From Bacteroidales bacterium (lineage in GTDB: Bacteria > Bacteroidota > Bacteroidia > Bacteroidales > UBA1715): DNA of 64,000 bases. The position numbers were made by a program, and so were the translations under genes. Position 1 is the first letter of the stretch. Each line of letters begins with the position of its first letter. This document shows positions 27,819 to 36,660 of this stretch, piece after piece. The DNA lies in NCBI GenBank assembly GCA_027858745.1, contig JAQICB010000102.1:14892-78891 (forward strand). The letters run 5' to 3'. The notes beneath the pieces were generated by a model. The model saw only the letters and a list, made by a program, of their open reading frames with translations, made no database searches and was not told the origin of the DNA.

Positions 27819-28037
27819 TTAAGGTACGGGGTCATGCCCGTGACCACCCCATGGATGACATCGCAGGAGTCTTTTTATGAGTAATGAACCGCCTTTGAAA
27901 ACACCATGTGTTTTTATGGCTTCAATTCCATATTCTGAGCATGTAGGAGTATACCGACATGAGCTCGGAAAAAATGGAGAAATAAGCCATTGATATATTT
28001 TTATGGGCAAAATAAAAATATATTTAATGATATTCAT
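27819..28037 (-). CDS. yidD: Membrane protein insertion efficiency factor YidD
   Basis: [27 protein letters not shown] matches the YidD signature. 72 aa. Overlaps rnpA by 14 nt. Confidence 0.9.
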   Translation of the reverse strand: MNIIKYIFILPIKIYQWLISPFFPSSCRYTPTCSEYGIEAIKTHGVFKGGSLLIKRLLRCHPWGGHGHDPVP

Positions 28038-28410
28038 GGTTTTCTACTATTTTTTTTATCCCGCTTCTTATTTTTTTTACAATTTCTGGAGAGGGAATTA
28101 TTGTTGTGTCTGAATATACAATCAAACAATATACTGTTCGTTTTTCATTCTGTAAGCTTACAAAAAAATCGGAGCATTCTGTACGAAGTGCTTCTCGGAT
28201 GTGTCGTCGGATATTATTTCGGGTTACCGCTTTTTTATGAAAACGTTTGGGAATGCTTATGCCGATTTTTATTGGGCAATCGGTTGCGGAACCGCTGGTC
28301 CATATAAATTTAAAGGGAAAAACAACCTGTGTTCTTCCCTTTGAAAGTACCGTTTCAAATTCTTTTTTTGAACATAATTTGTAGGCTTTTGGAAAGCCGT
28401 ATTGTTTCAT
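28024..28410 (-). CDS. rnpA: Ribonuclease P protein component
   Basis: 128 aa basic protein. N-terminus ..[17 protein letters not shown].. and the RNR-type motif [13 protein letters not shown]. rnpA-yidD synteny. Confidence 0.88.
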   Translation of the reverse strand: MKQYGFPKAYKLCSKKEFETVLSKGRTQVVFPFKFIWTSGSATDCPIKIGISIPKRFHKKAVTRNNIRRHIREALRTECSDFFVSLQNEKRTVYCLIVYSDTTIIPSPEIVKKIRSGIKKIVENHEYH

Positions 28411-28418
28411 TCGTGTTT

Positions 28419-29165
28419 TTATTTTTTATTTTTGTCTTTAATAAACTGTTCCAAAGCCATTGTCATTGAAGGTGCTTTTGAATTTGGTGCAGGAATGTCT
28501 AAACGTAATCCTGCATCTTTCACAGCTTTAGCTGTTGTTGTGCCAAATGCTCCAATATACTTGTTTTCTTGTTTGAAATCGGGGAAATTTTGTTTTAATG
28601 ACGCAATTCCAGATGGACTGAAAAACACTAAAACATCATAATCAATATCTTTTAAATCAGATAAATCGCTACTTATTGTTTTGTATAAAATTGCTTTAGT
28701 ATAGGTAAGTTTTGCGGCATTTAATTTCTCCGGTATTTCTTGTTTGTGAATATCAGAAAGGGGAATAAGAAATTTTTCGTTAGAATGTTTTTTGAGAATA
28801 TCTACTAAGTTGTCAAATTTGCCATTTGCAGTAAATATTTTACGCTTTCTGTACACTATATATTTTTGAATATAAAAAGCGGTAGCTTCCGAAATGCAAT
28901 AATATTTCATAGTGTCAGGAACGGTTAATCGAAGTTCTTTGCTGATTCTGAAAAAATGATCGATTGCCGTTCGGCTTGTTAAAATAATGGCAGTATGTTC
29001 TAAAATGTTTATTTTTTGGTTTCGAAATTCTCGAGCCGGTATGCCTTCAACATGTATAAACGGACGAAAATCTATTTGTAAATTATTCTTCTTTGCTAGG
29101 TCAAAGTAAGGTGATTTTTCTGTCGCAGGTTTGGGTTGAGATACTAGAATTTTTTTGATTTTCAT
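28419..29165 (-). CDS. hemD: Uroporphyrinogen-III synthase (HemD) family protein
   Basis: MKIKKILVSQPKPATEKSPYFDLAKKNNLQIDFRPFI.. is typical of the Bacteroidetes HemD-like family. Conserved DUF4271-hemD-rnpA neighbourhood. Confidence 0.8.
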   Translation of the reverse strand: MKIKKILVSQPKPATEKSPYFDLAKKNNLQIDFRPFIHVEGIPAREFRNQKINILEHTAIILTSRTAIDHFFRISKELRLTVPDTMKYYCISEATAFYIQKYIVYRKRKIFTANGKFDNLVDILKKHSNEKFLIPLSDIHKQEIPEKLNAAKLTYTKAILYKTISSDLSDLKDIDYDVLVFFSPSGIASLKQNFPDFKQENKYIGAFGTTTAKAVKDAGLRLDIPAPNSKAPSMTMALEQFIKDKNKK

Positions 29166-29276
29166 AGGTTTATATTAAGTGATTTTCAATAGTCATACTC
29201 GCCTAATTGGGGAGGTATGTGTAATATCCATAAGATAATTCAAGTGTATTTAATAATTATTTTTATGGATGATTCA
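29166..29276 (-). promoter_or_regulatory. Conserved structured leader motif, copy B (intercistronic, 5' of the hemD-like gene)
   Basis: Stem 1: 29227-29239 pairs with 29254-29267. Stem 2: CTCGCC 29197-29202 / TAATT / GGGGAG 29208-29213. Same block order as copies A and C. Confidence 0.5.
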
Positions 29277-29301
29277 TAGCTTATTTTTGTTATGTACGTT
29301 T

Positions 29302-30348
29302 TTATAAAAATGTTTTACTCATAAGTATTCCAATTTTTGCAAGTAAAATTATTGGTAATAATTCGAGAGTGCAAAAATACAAAAACATATAAAATATGGA
29401 AACATTTGTACGTATACTTATTTGAATTCCTCGAATAAATCGAAAGAAATAGAAAATAGAAATTACAGACAGACCTATATAAATAAGAGTTTGGTTTGAG
29501 ATAATTTCGGGATCGACAAAACCAATTGAAAGAATTACAGGAAATAAAAAAAGACCTAAGGCATGATTAAATAAATACACATTTTCAATGTATTCTTCTG
29601 CATATTGCCGTGCTTGAAAGATAAATCCTAGAATTATAAAGAGTATTTTTTTGAGCCAGTATAATACAGTTATAGCGGCAGCAATAGCAAGTGTTATTAC
29701 AATGGCGTTTATGCCTGATTGGTATTCATAAAAGCCCGCGTTTGATATTTGTAAACAAAAGAGCCCCATATTTACTGCAAAAATTATTGAAAGGATTGAA
29801 GAAAATCGGTTCGAAAACTCATTGTGTTGTTGAATCGATTTGAGTGCAAAGTTGTAATTGAAAAGGGCACGAAATAAGAATTGCAATTTCTTTTTGTAAA
29901 AAATGCGAGTCCAACTAAATAAAATAAAGGTGCTTAATATAAGCCAAAACATCCAACTGTTGGAGGCCGTTCCAATCGAGTCGTAACGAATTTGAATAAC
30001 TTCTTCTTTTGCTTCTTTTTTGTGGGTTGTAGATGTTGTTGTTTGTTTCGGAGATTCAAACGTCGTAACAGAATCGAATAATGCTATTTCGCTTCCTAGT
30101 TCAATATTCTTGTCTTCCACTATGAGGGGAGCATCTGTTTTTTGTGCTGTATCTGCCGTTTTTGTATTTTTTTTTGTTTCGCTATCAATATGTTCTTTTT
30201 TTATATGTATAGCGGACTTGTCGTAAATGTAGGGTTCTTGTAATGTGCCTGAAATAGCAGGTGGCTCAGGCATAATACTGACAGGAATAATCTCAGTACT
30301 CGTATCTGTTTCTGATATAAAAGGATATGGTTGTAGTTCTTGCTTCAC
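29302..30348 (-). CDS. DUF4271-family integral membrane protein
   Basis: Variable N-terminus and about six C-terminal TM helices. Usual neighbour of hemD-like genes in Bacteroidetes. GTG start 22 nt downstream of a -7 box. Confidence 0.7.
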   Translation of the reverse strand: MKQELQPYPFISETDTSTEIIPVSIMPEPPAISGTLQEPYIYDKSAIHIKKEHIDSETKKNTKTADTAQKTDAPLIVEDKNIELGSEIALFDSVTTFESPKQTTTSTTHKKEAKEEVIQIRYDSIGTASNSWMFWLILSTFILFSWTRIFYKKKLQFLFRALFNYNFALKSIQQHNEFSNRFSSILSIIFAVNMGLFCLQISNAGFYEYQSGINAIVITLAIAAAITVLYWLKKILFIILGFIFQARQYAEEYIENVYLFNHALGLFLFPVILSIGFVDPEIISNQTLIYIGLSVISIFYFFRFIRGIQISIRTNVSIFYMFLYFCTLELLPIILLAKIGILMSKTFL

Positions 30349-30369
30349 GCCCTGTTCGTTTTATTTGTG

Positions 30370-30377
30370 CAAAAATA
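30370..30377 (-). promoter_or_regulatory. -7 box (TATTTTTG) for the DUF4271-hemD-rnpA-yidD-S41 peptidase operon
   Basis: Exact TAnnTTTG match 22 nt upstream of the GTG start at 30348. Confidence 0.5.
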
Positions 30378-30455
30378 CAATACAAAATGTTCTTCTAATC
30401 GCTTTTTACCTTTTTTTATTAAATAGTTTTTAACTTAAACGGGAGATTTCTTCTT

Positions 30456-30590
30456 TAAACCAGAGTTCGATATAATTGTTTAGGTTCAGAACGCTTATAA
30501 ATAATGAGGTCCAATCAAAAATAATGAAATAATAACGGCTTATTTTAAATTATTTTTGAGCTGAAGATGACTGTTTATAAGCGGAAAAAT
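30456..30590 (-). mobile_element. MITE-like repeat, half-copy (right module only), inverted relative to copies 1 and 2
   Basis: TAAACCAGAGTTCGATATAATT..GAACGCTTATAAATAATGAGG..TTTGAGCTGAAG..TTTATAAGCGG aligns with the reverse complement of 36825-36956. The similarity runs about 40 nt into the 3' end of the 30550-32082 CDS. Confidence 0.55.
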
Positions 30591-32082
30591 CTTTCCATAT
30601 ATAAATATCATATCGGTTGCGAGGACGAATGGTTTTATGCCATGAAAAACCCGGTAAAATCGTTTCTTCTTGTGCAATCTCTCCGGGAGGATATAATATT
30701 CCGTTTGGTTTCGATTTGAAAATTATTTGTTGAGCTTTTCCGTCTACTATGAGAATGGTAATAGAATCACTCACGGCTTTGTTGATTCCAATTAATTCAG
30801 TTTTATCTTTAATGTAATACAGCGTTTCGCCACTTTTTGAAATTGTAATTTTGTGTAGTTTATTATCTTGTATGTACCCTCTTAGAGCCACACCCTTCAT
30901 TTGATTGTATTGATTTTGTGAATCTTCTGATACAATAAAGGAATCTGAATTTATTTGTATGTCGGTCAGTTCGTTATCTTTTAAGTGGAGAATTATAGCT
31001 GTTCCGGTTATTTGGTGTTGTTCTGACCACAGTATCGGTTCGGAAAATAATGTGATGGCGGAGTCACGGGAATTGTATACGAGAGAATCACATACGCCCT
31101 GAATGTCGTGACTGTAAAAACGTACTTTATAGTATGTTTTTATGGTGAAATATTCGCTAGAATCTGCTAAGGTGTGTCTTGAATAAAGTATAGAATCTGC
31201 ATTGAGAAAGAGAGAGTCATTATTGAATTCTTTTATAAGAAGCACGCTGTCGGTAATGTACATGTTTTTTGTGTTACCGTTTTGATAGGCATATTCTCCT
31301 CTAATTTCTATCTGTTCGGAGGTGTCTTGTACGCGTACGTTTTTGCGTGCAATACCAATATTTGTGTTTCTATCGTAAGTAAGATGGTCGCCGTAAATAA
31401 ATTGAGAACCGGATTGTAAATATGAACCTTCAAAAAATTCAGAAATGTTTGTCTCGGTATCATACCATCCGTTTTCGGTGTAAAGTAAATCGCCGCTACT
31501 TGTAATATGTGTGGGGCCCAAAAAGTATGAAATTTTGCTGTTAGTATTGTATTGCAGGGTGTCGGTAAAAATGTTATAGTCTTTGTTGAGTAGTTCCACA
31601 TTTTTTTTGAAAAAAACATCCTGACTTTGAGAAAAATAGATACCTCGTTCGCTCAAAAGCGTATTTTCATCATTGGTTAATGTCCCGTTATTATAATAAT
31701 AGCCAATTTTTTCTTGGGTGTTGTAATCTAAATATTGTGTTGTCAACTTCATGTCTTTATCGGTAAACACAACATTTCCTCGTAATTGAGCCATATTCGT
31801 ATTACTGTTATAATCTAAGGAATCGGCGGTAATTGTTACGGAATTATCTTTAATTGTAATATTATTGTATGCTTTAAATATGTTTTCTTGTGCATATAAG
31901 TATGCACTGTCGCACTTCATGGTAATGTCTTTATGCGAGAGCACAACAGAACCGTAGAGTTTACGGAGTTGCTTGTTTCCTTTCATTTTTTCTGCATTTA
32001 CAATTTTTATTTGATGAGTCTGAGCTTGTGTCGAAAAAGCAAAAGAAATGCAAGAGAATAGTATAATGAGTAGGTGCTTCAT
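30550..32082 (-). CDS. OstA-like (LptA/LptD N-terminal domain) repeat protein, secreted
   Basis: Signal peptide MKHLLIILFSCISFAFSTQAQ. Repeated OstA-like beta-jellyroll segments (..ADSLDYNSNTNMAQLRGNVVFTDKD..). 510 aa. Confidence 0.7.
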   Translation of the reverse strand: MKHLLIILFSCISFAFSTQAQTHQIKIVNAEKMKGNKQLRKLYGSVVLSHKDITMKCDSAYLYAQENIFKAYNNITIKDNSVTITADSLDYNSNTNMAQLRGNVVFTDKDMKLTTQYLDYNTQEKIGYYYNNGTLTNDENTLLSERGIYFSQSQDVFFKKNVELLNKDYNIFTDTLQYNTNSKISYFLGPTHITSSGDLLYTENGWYDTETNISEFFEGSYLQSGSQFIYGDHLTYDRNTNIGIARKNVRVQDTSEQIEIRGEYAYQNGNTKNMYITDSVLLIKEFNNDSLFLNADSILYSRHTLADSSEYFTIKTYYKVRFYSHDIQGVCDSLVYNSRDSAITLFSEPILWSEQHQITGTAIILHLKDNELTDIQINSDSFIVSEDSQNQYNQMKGVALRGYIQDNKLHKITISKSGETLYYIKDKTELIGINKAVSDSITILIVDGKAQQIIFKSKPNGILYPPGEIAQEETILPGFSWHKTIRPRNRYDIYIWKDFSAYKQSSSAQK

Positions 32083-32086
32083 ATGT

Positions 32087-33055
32087 TTATGACATCAGAT
32101 TGCTGATAATTTCGTCAATAGTTAATCCTTCTGCGTCGGCTTTGTAATTTTTTACAATTCTGTGTCTGAGTATAGAGTGTGCAATTGCTTGCACATCTTC
32201 AATGTCGGGCGAATATTTTCCGTTAAGTGCAGCATGTGTTTTTGCTCCAATTATGAGGTATTGTGATGCGCGCGGACCTGCTCCCCACGAAATGTATTCT
32301 TGTGCCATTTTGGTAGCAAGTGGACTGCTTTTTCTTGTTTTTGCTACTAGTTCTACGGCATAACTTATAACATTGTCCGGTACCGGTATTTTTCGAATGA
32401 GTTTTTGATATTCAATGATTTCTTGTGAACTTAATTTTTTCGAAATTACCTGTTCATTTCCCGAGGTCGTTGATTTTACTATAGTAATTTCCTCTTCAAT
32501 ATTTGGGTAATCCAACCAAATATTTGACATAAATCGGTCGAGTTGTGCTTCGGGTAAAGGATATGTCCCTTCTTGTTCTATTGGGTTTTGTGTTGCAAGC
32601 ACAAAAAAGGGTTCTGTTAATTTATAGCGTTTTCCACCGGTCGTTATGGCATGTTCTTGCATTGCTTCCAATAAGGCTGCCTGTGTTTTTGGGGGTGTTC
32701 TGTTTATTTCATCGGCAAGGAGGAAGTTTGTAAACAGTGGACCTTTGTTGAATACAAATTCTCGGTTCGAGTTGAGGATTTCGGTGCCGATAATATCACT
32801 TGGCATAAGGTCGGGCGTGAACTGAACACGATTATAATCTATACCCAATGTCTTTGCTATAGTCGTTACTAGTAATGTTTTTGCCAAACCCGGAACGCCA
32901 ATAAGTAAAGAGTGTCCACCACTAAATATAGAAAGCAATACATTGTCAATAATGTCTTCCTGACCAATTATAATTTTTTGAATTTCTTGTTTGAGTTCTG
33001 TATATGACTTTTTTAAGTTATCAATGGCTTCAACATCGTTTGTATTGTGTGTCAT
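32087..33055 (-). CDS. MoxR-family AAA+ ATPase
   Basis: Walker A GVPGLAKT, Walker B LLADEINR and MoxR-like length. The -7 box at 33089-33096 favours the Met at 33055 over 33091. Confidence 0.88.
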   Translation of the reverse strand: MTHNTNDVEAIDNLKKSYTELKQEIQKIIIGQEDIIDNVLLSIFSGGHSLLIGVPGLAKTLLVTTIAKTLGIDYNRVQFTPDLMPSDIIGTEILNSNREFVFNKGPLFTNFLLADEINRTPPKTQAALLEAMQEHAITTGGKRYKLTEPFFVLATQNPIEQEGTYPLPEAQLDRFMSNIWLDYPNIEEEITIVKSTTSGNEQVISKKLSSQEIIEYQKLIRKIPVPDNVISYAVELVAKTRKSSPLATKMAQEYISWGAGPRASQYLIIGAKTHAALNGKYSPDIEDVQAIAHSILRHRIVKNYKADAEGLTIDEIISNLMS

Positions 33056-33088
33056 AATTGTATACTTTTTATGAAAAATTTGAATACT

Positions 33089-33096
33089 CAAAAATA
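33089..33096 (-). promoter_or_regulatory. -7 box (TATTTTTG) for the MoxR gene
   Basis: Exact TAnnTTTG match 34 nt upstream of ATG 33055. Confidence 0.5.
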
Positions 33097-33129
33097 GTTT
33101 TTTTTATCTGTTTTTTTTTGGCTTTATGC

Positions 33130-33786
33130 TTATTTTTTCATTTTTCGCTTTTTAAATTCTTTCATGTGCATAAGTCCATTTTTAACGTATTCGGGATTAT
33201 GAGTGTGTGGAACTCCTTTTTTTGGATAGAGCCTTCCTGTATTGTGCATGTGAAACGCATCTTTGTATCTGCCTTGGCGTAGTAAATCTCCATAATTCGT
33301 GTCGATCCACTGCATTCCCCATTTTATTGATTCTTTACCTCGTAAGTCCGATATGTATATTCCTAATTGATAGCATTTGTATCCCATAATCTGAAATGGA
33401 CCCCATGATGAGGCAAGATTTCGTATTGCAGCATCACTTAAGTTTTTTAGGGTTTTGCCGGTTATTTGTTCGTAGTGCTTTCGCCTCCCTGCTTGCACCT
33501 TTTTGAGTTGGGCATAGACGTGTGGTTCAAATCTTTTCGGAATATGTTTGTGTCCCGAACTTTCTAATAATATGAGTGCTTTAAAATATTCTTCGGGCAC
33601 ATCATATTTTTTCGCTTCTCTTTCGATATCTTCTTCATATAATTTTTCGATTCTTTGATAGGTTAATGATAATACCGGGTCGATATTTGTTGTTTTAAAT
33701 ATGCTGTACATAATTACAATGAGACCAATAATTCCGAGAATTATTATATTAAATCGAGGGATTGTATGTCTTTTTTTTCGAGGCAT
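33130..33786 (-). CDS. Membrane-anchored lytic transglycosylase (SLT-like) domain protein
   Basis: N-terminal TM anchor. The ..LILLESSG.. catalytic Glu-Ser context and ..GPFQIMGY.. resemble SLT motifs. 218 aa. Confidence 0.55.
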   Translation of the reverse strand: MPRKKRHTIPRFNIIILGIIGLIVIMYSIFKTTNIDPVLSLTYQRIEKLYEEDIEREAKKYDVPEEYFKALILLESSGHKHIPKRFEPHVYAQLKKVQAGRRKHYEQITGKTLKNLSDAAIRNLASSWGPFQIMGYKCYQLGIYISDLRGKESIKWGMQWIDTNYGDLLRQGRYKDAFHMHNTGRLYPKKGVPHTHNPEYVKNGLMHMKEFKKRKMKK

Positions 33787-33792
33787 GTATCC

Positions 33793-34704
33793 TTATTTTT
33801 TATGAGAACGAGGATGATACATCATAATTGTGTTATACAAATGCTCTTTGTCGAGGTGGGTATATATTTCGGTTGTGGTGATTGATTCATGTCCGAGCAT
33901 GTCTTGTATCGAACGTAAGTCGGCACCGCCGTCAACCATGTGTGTGGCAAATGAGTGTCGAAAGGTGTGTGGGCTAATATTTTTGGTAATTCCGGCTTTT
34001 TCGGCTAATCTTTTTATAATTGTAAAAATCATTACTCGGGTTAGAATTGCTCCGCGCCGATTTAAAAATACAATATCTTCACTTCCTTTTTTCGGCGTCA
34101 TATGATTGCGAGTTTCTTCTTTGTAATAGCGAATTTCTTGCTGTGCTTTAGCACTAATGGGAACAAGTCTTTCTTTATTTCCTTTGCCAATTATGCGAAT
34201 AAATCCTTCGGAGAAATAAAGATTACTTAATTTGAGATTCGTTAATTCACTTACTCGTAAGCCGCAACTGTAAAGAGTTTCTATAATTGCCTTGTTTCGT
34301 TGCCCTTCTGCTGTGCTTAAATCTATTGAACCAATCAGGAGATCAATCTCTTCGAGAGAAAGTACTTCAGGTAATTTTTTTCCGATTCGTGGTGTTTCTA
34401 TTAAATCTGTCGGGTCATTTGATATAATGCTTTCTATCCATAAATATGAAAAAAAAGATTTAATGCCTGATATAATTCGTGCTTGTGAGCGTTCACCAAT
34501 TCCCATCATGTTGAGCCAATACAAAAAATCACGTATAAGTTCGGTTGTTATGTTTTGGGGTAGAGCATCTAATTCATGCATTTCTAAAAATGAAAGTAAT
34601 TTTTTTATGTCGTGAGAATATGCTTCAATGCTGTTTCGAGACAATGATTTTTCAAGTTTGAGATAATTTTCGAAATCTCGAATGCTGTGTTCCCATTGTT
34701 TCAT
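33793..34704 (-). CDS. xerD: Site-specific tyrosine recombinase XerD
   Basis: N-terminal SAM-like domain (..FENYLKLEKSLSRNSIEAYSHDI..). Catalytic HTFRHSFATH..LGHESITTTEIYTH. 303 aa. Confidence 0.88.
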   Translation of the reverse strand: MKQWEHSIRDFENYLKLEKSLSRNSIEAYSHDIKKLLSFLEMHELDALPQNITTELIRDFLYWLNMMGIGERSQARIISGIKSFFSYLWIESIISNDPTDLIETPRIGKKLPEVLSLEEIDLLIGSIDLSTAEGQRNKAIIETLYSCGLRVSELTNLKLSNLYFSEGFIRIIGKGNKERLVPISAKAQQEIRYYKEETRNHMTPKKGSEDIVFLNRRGAILTRVMIFTIIKRLAEKAGITKNISPHTFRHSFATHMVDGGADLRSIQDMLGHESITTTEIYTHLDKEHLYNTIMMYHPRSHKK

Positions 34705-34706
34705 TT

Positions 34707-36524
34707 TTACATTTTTAAACCAATAATTAATATATCATCTATTTGCTCGGTGTCTCCTCTCCATTCTGTAATTGTTGAGTCTAAAATGCTTTTTTGCTCT
34801 TCCATTTCTTTTTCGTGAATGGACAGGAGTAATTTTTTGAATGAACGTGCCATGAATTTTTTATTATCCGGTCCGCCAAATTGGTCGGCATACCCGTCTG
34901 AAAATATATAAAATGCGTCACCGGGATTAATTGTTTTTTTGTGAACCTGAAATGAACTGTCCATTTTCTCGGATAAACCTACCGGCATGCGGTCTGCTTT
35001 TATTTCTTCTAATTCGCCATTGCGAATAATATATAAAGGATTGTGCGCACCAGAGTAGGAGAGGGTATTTTGCTTTTTGTCTATTAAGCAAATTGCCATA
35101 TCCATGCCATCTTTATATTCTTCTTCTGAATGTTGTTTGTTTAGAGAATTTATTATACGTAGTCGTAATTCATTAAGAATCAGATGGGGTTCTAAAATAT
35201 TTTTTTCGTGAACAATTTCGTTTAAGAATGTTATACCCAACAAACTCATAAATGCACCAGGAACTCCATGTCCGGTGCAGTCAGCCGCTGTAATAACAAT
35301 GAGATCATCAATTTGTGTCATCCAATAATAGTCGCCACTAACAATGTCACGTGGTTTAAACAGAATAAAATGATTGGGAATGTTCTGTGCAATAATATTT
35401 TCTGGGGGTAATATAGCATGTTGAATTCTTCGGGCATACACAATACTATCGGTTATGTGTTTGTGTTGTTCCGTAATCATGTCTCTTTTTTTGCTTACTT
35501 CGGTGTTTTTTATTGCAAGCTCTTTATTTATCTTTTGGGTTAGTTTGTATTGACGATAGATAATGTATCCTAAAATGAGAATGATAATAAAAAAGAGAAT
35601 AAAGGCTATAATAACCGAATGTTGTTGTTCTATGGTGTTGAATTGAGATACAATTTTTTTGTCTTGGGTGTGAAGTTTGTCTGATTGTGAGCGAAGAACC
35701 TGCTGTTGTTTTGTGATATTTTCGTTAAGTTTATCAAGTTGCAATTTTTGAATATTTATTTCTTCCTGTCTGTTTGCAATGTTTAAAAGGGTTGTGTTTA
35801 ACTGTTCTTGTTTTTTTGTAATATCAGTATTTAATTGAGCTAGTGCCTTTTTTTGTCGAAGTATTGATTGTTGCAATTCACTAATTTCCTGTTCCTTTTT
35901 TTTAATGTCTTCTACTTGAATGCTAATTAGTTTTGTTTGCTTTTTTGTTTTTAACTGTTCTTCGTGTAATTTTTGCTCTGTTTTTTTATACAATTCTTCC
36001 CAGTCTTCTTTCGTTTTCACTGCATGTTCAACCAAAAGAGGGTTAATGGTAAGCCCTGCGTTTGCAAGACGTTCTACGTTAATTTCATATTTTCGATTTC
36101 CGTCCAATACAATGAAGTTAATCATTGATTTGTGAAAGGGAAAATTTTCGGTTAAAAGTAATGTGGCTTGTGAATCAATTTTTTCGTGTACATCTTCTAT
36201 TGAAAAATGTTTTGAGTTTTTTAAAAAAATAACCTGAGTTGGGCTTATTGATTCGATGCTCGAAAAAAGTTTGATGTCTATTGGTTTGTTGTGAATGTTT
36301 TGTTTTTGAGCCGCTTCTTGTTTTAGCATATAGTAAAGAAGCGAATCTTGAGAAAGAATACCAATGGAGAATTCATTTGTTTCACTATTTTTCCAGCTTA
36401 CGTATTCGGAAAAACTGAATATGTATTGAGCTCGTTTTTTATCAGTAAATGTTTCTTGAGCTGAAATTGACTTGAAAGTTGTAAAAATGATAAGAACAAG
36501 CACCCAAAAGCTTGAATATTTCAT
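34707..36524 (-). CDS. PP2C/SpoIIE-family serine phosphatase with a periplasmic YfiR-like (DUF4154) domain, coiled coil and TM helix
   Basis: Signal peptide. YfiR-like ..KRAQYIFSFSEYVSWKN... Long coiled coil, TM (IIAFILFFIIILILGYII). SpoIIE motifs GDYYWM..DCTGHGVPGAFMS. 605 aa. Confidence 0.8.
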   Translation of the reverse strand: MKYSSFWVLVLIIFTTFKSISAQETFTDKKRAQYIFSFSEYVSWKNSETNEFSIGILSQDSLLYYMLKQEAAQKQNIHNKPIDIKLFSSIESISPTQVIFLKNSKHFSIEDVHEKIDSQATLLLTENFPFHKSMINFIVLDGNRKYEINVERLANAGLTINPLLVEHAVKTKEDWEELYKKTEQKLHEEQLKTKKQTKLISIQVEDIKKKEQEISELQQSILRQKKALAQLNTDITKKQEQLNTTLLNIANRQEEINIQKLQLDKLNENITKQQQVLRSQSDKLHTQDKKIVSQFNTIEQQHSVIIAFILFFIIILILGYIIYRQYKLTQKINKELAIKNTEVSKKRDMITEQHKHITDSIVYARRIQHAILPPENIIAQNIPNHFILFKPRDIVSGDYYWMTQIDDLIVITAADCTGHGVPGAFMSLLGITFLNEIVHEKNILEPHLILNELRLRIINSLNKQHSEEEYKDGMDMAICLIDKKQNTLSYSGAHNPLYIIRNGELEEIKADRMPVGLSEKMDSSFQVHKKTINPGDAFYIFSDGYADQFGGPDNKKFMARSFKKLLLSIHEKEMEEQKSILDSTITEWRGDTEQIDDILIIGLKM

Positions 36525-36553
36525 ATTAAATTAGGTATTAATTAATTTCTTAT

Positions 36554-36561
36554 CAAAAATA
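36554..36561 (-). promoter_or_regulatory. -7 box (TATTTTTG) for the PP2C phosphatase gene
   Basis: Exact TAnnTTTG match 30 nt upstream of ATG 36524. Confidence 0.5.
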
Positions 36562-36660
36562 CAAATTATATTGAAATTACTGGTACTTAAAAATTATTTA
36601 GTGCGTGTACAAAAACTACTTGTCTTTGAAGTTTTCGCGCAGAAACTATTGAGAATGTAT

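Noticed and set aside
29160-29165. Apparent 1-nt discrepancy between my reading of the printed sequence (CAT at 29162-29164) and the ORF-track start (29165) of the hemD-like gene
   Set aside because: This is most likely my miscount of a T-run rather than a frameshift. The ORF track frame is consistent over 747 nt, so no pseudogene call is made. Nearby motif coordinates may be off by 1.
33793-34704. Tyrosine recombinase as a marker of an integrated mobile element
   Set aside because: Its sequence and length fit housekeeping XerD. It is flanked by core genes, with no att-like repeats, tRNA, or phage or conjugation genes nearby.
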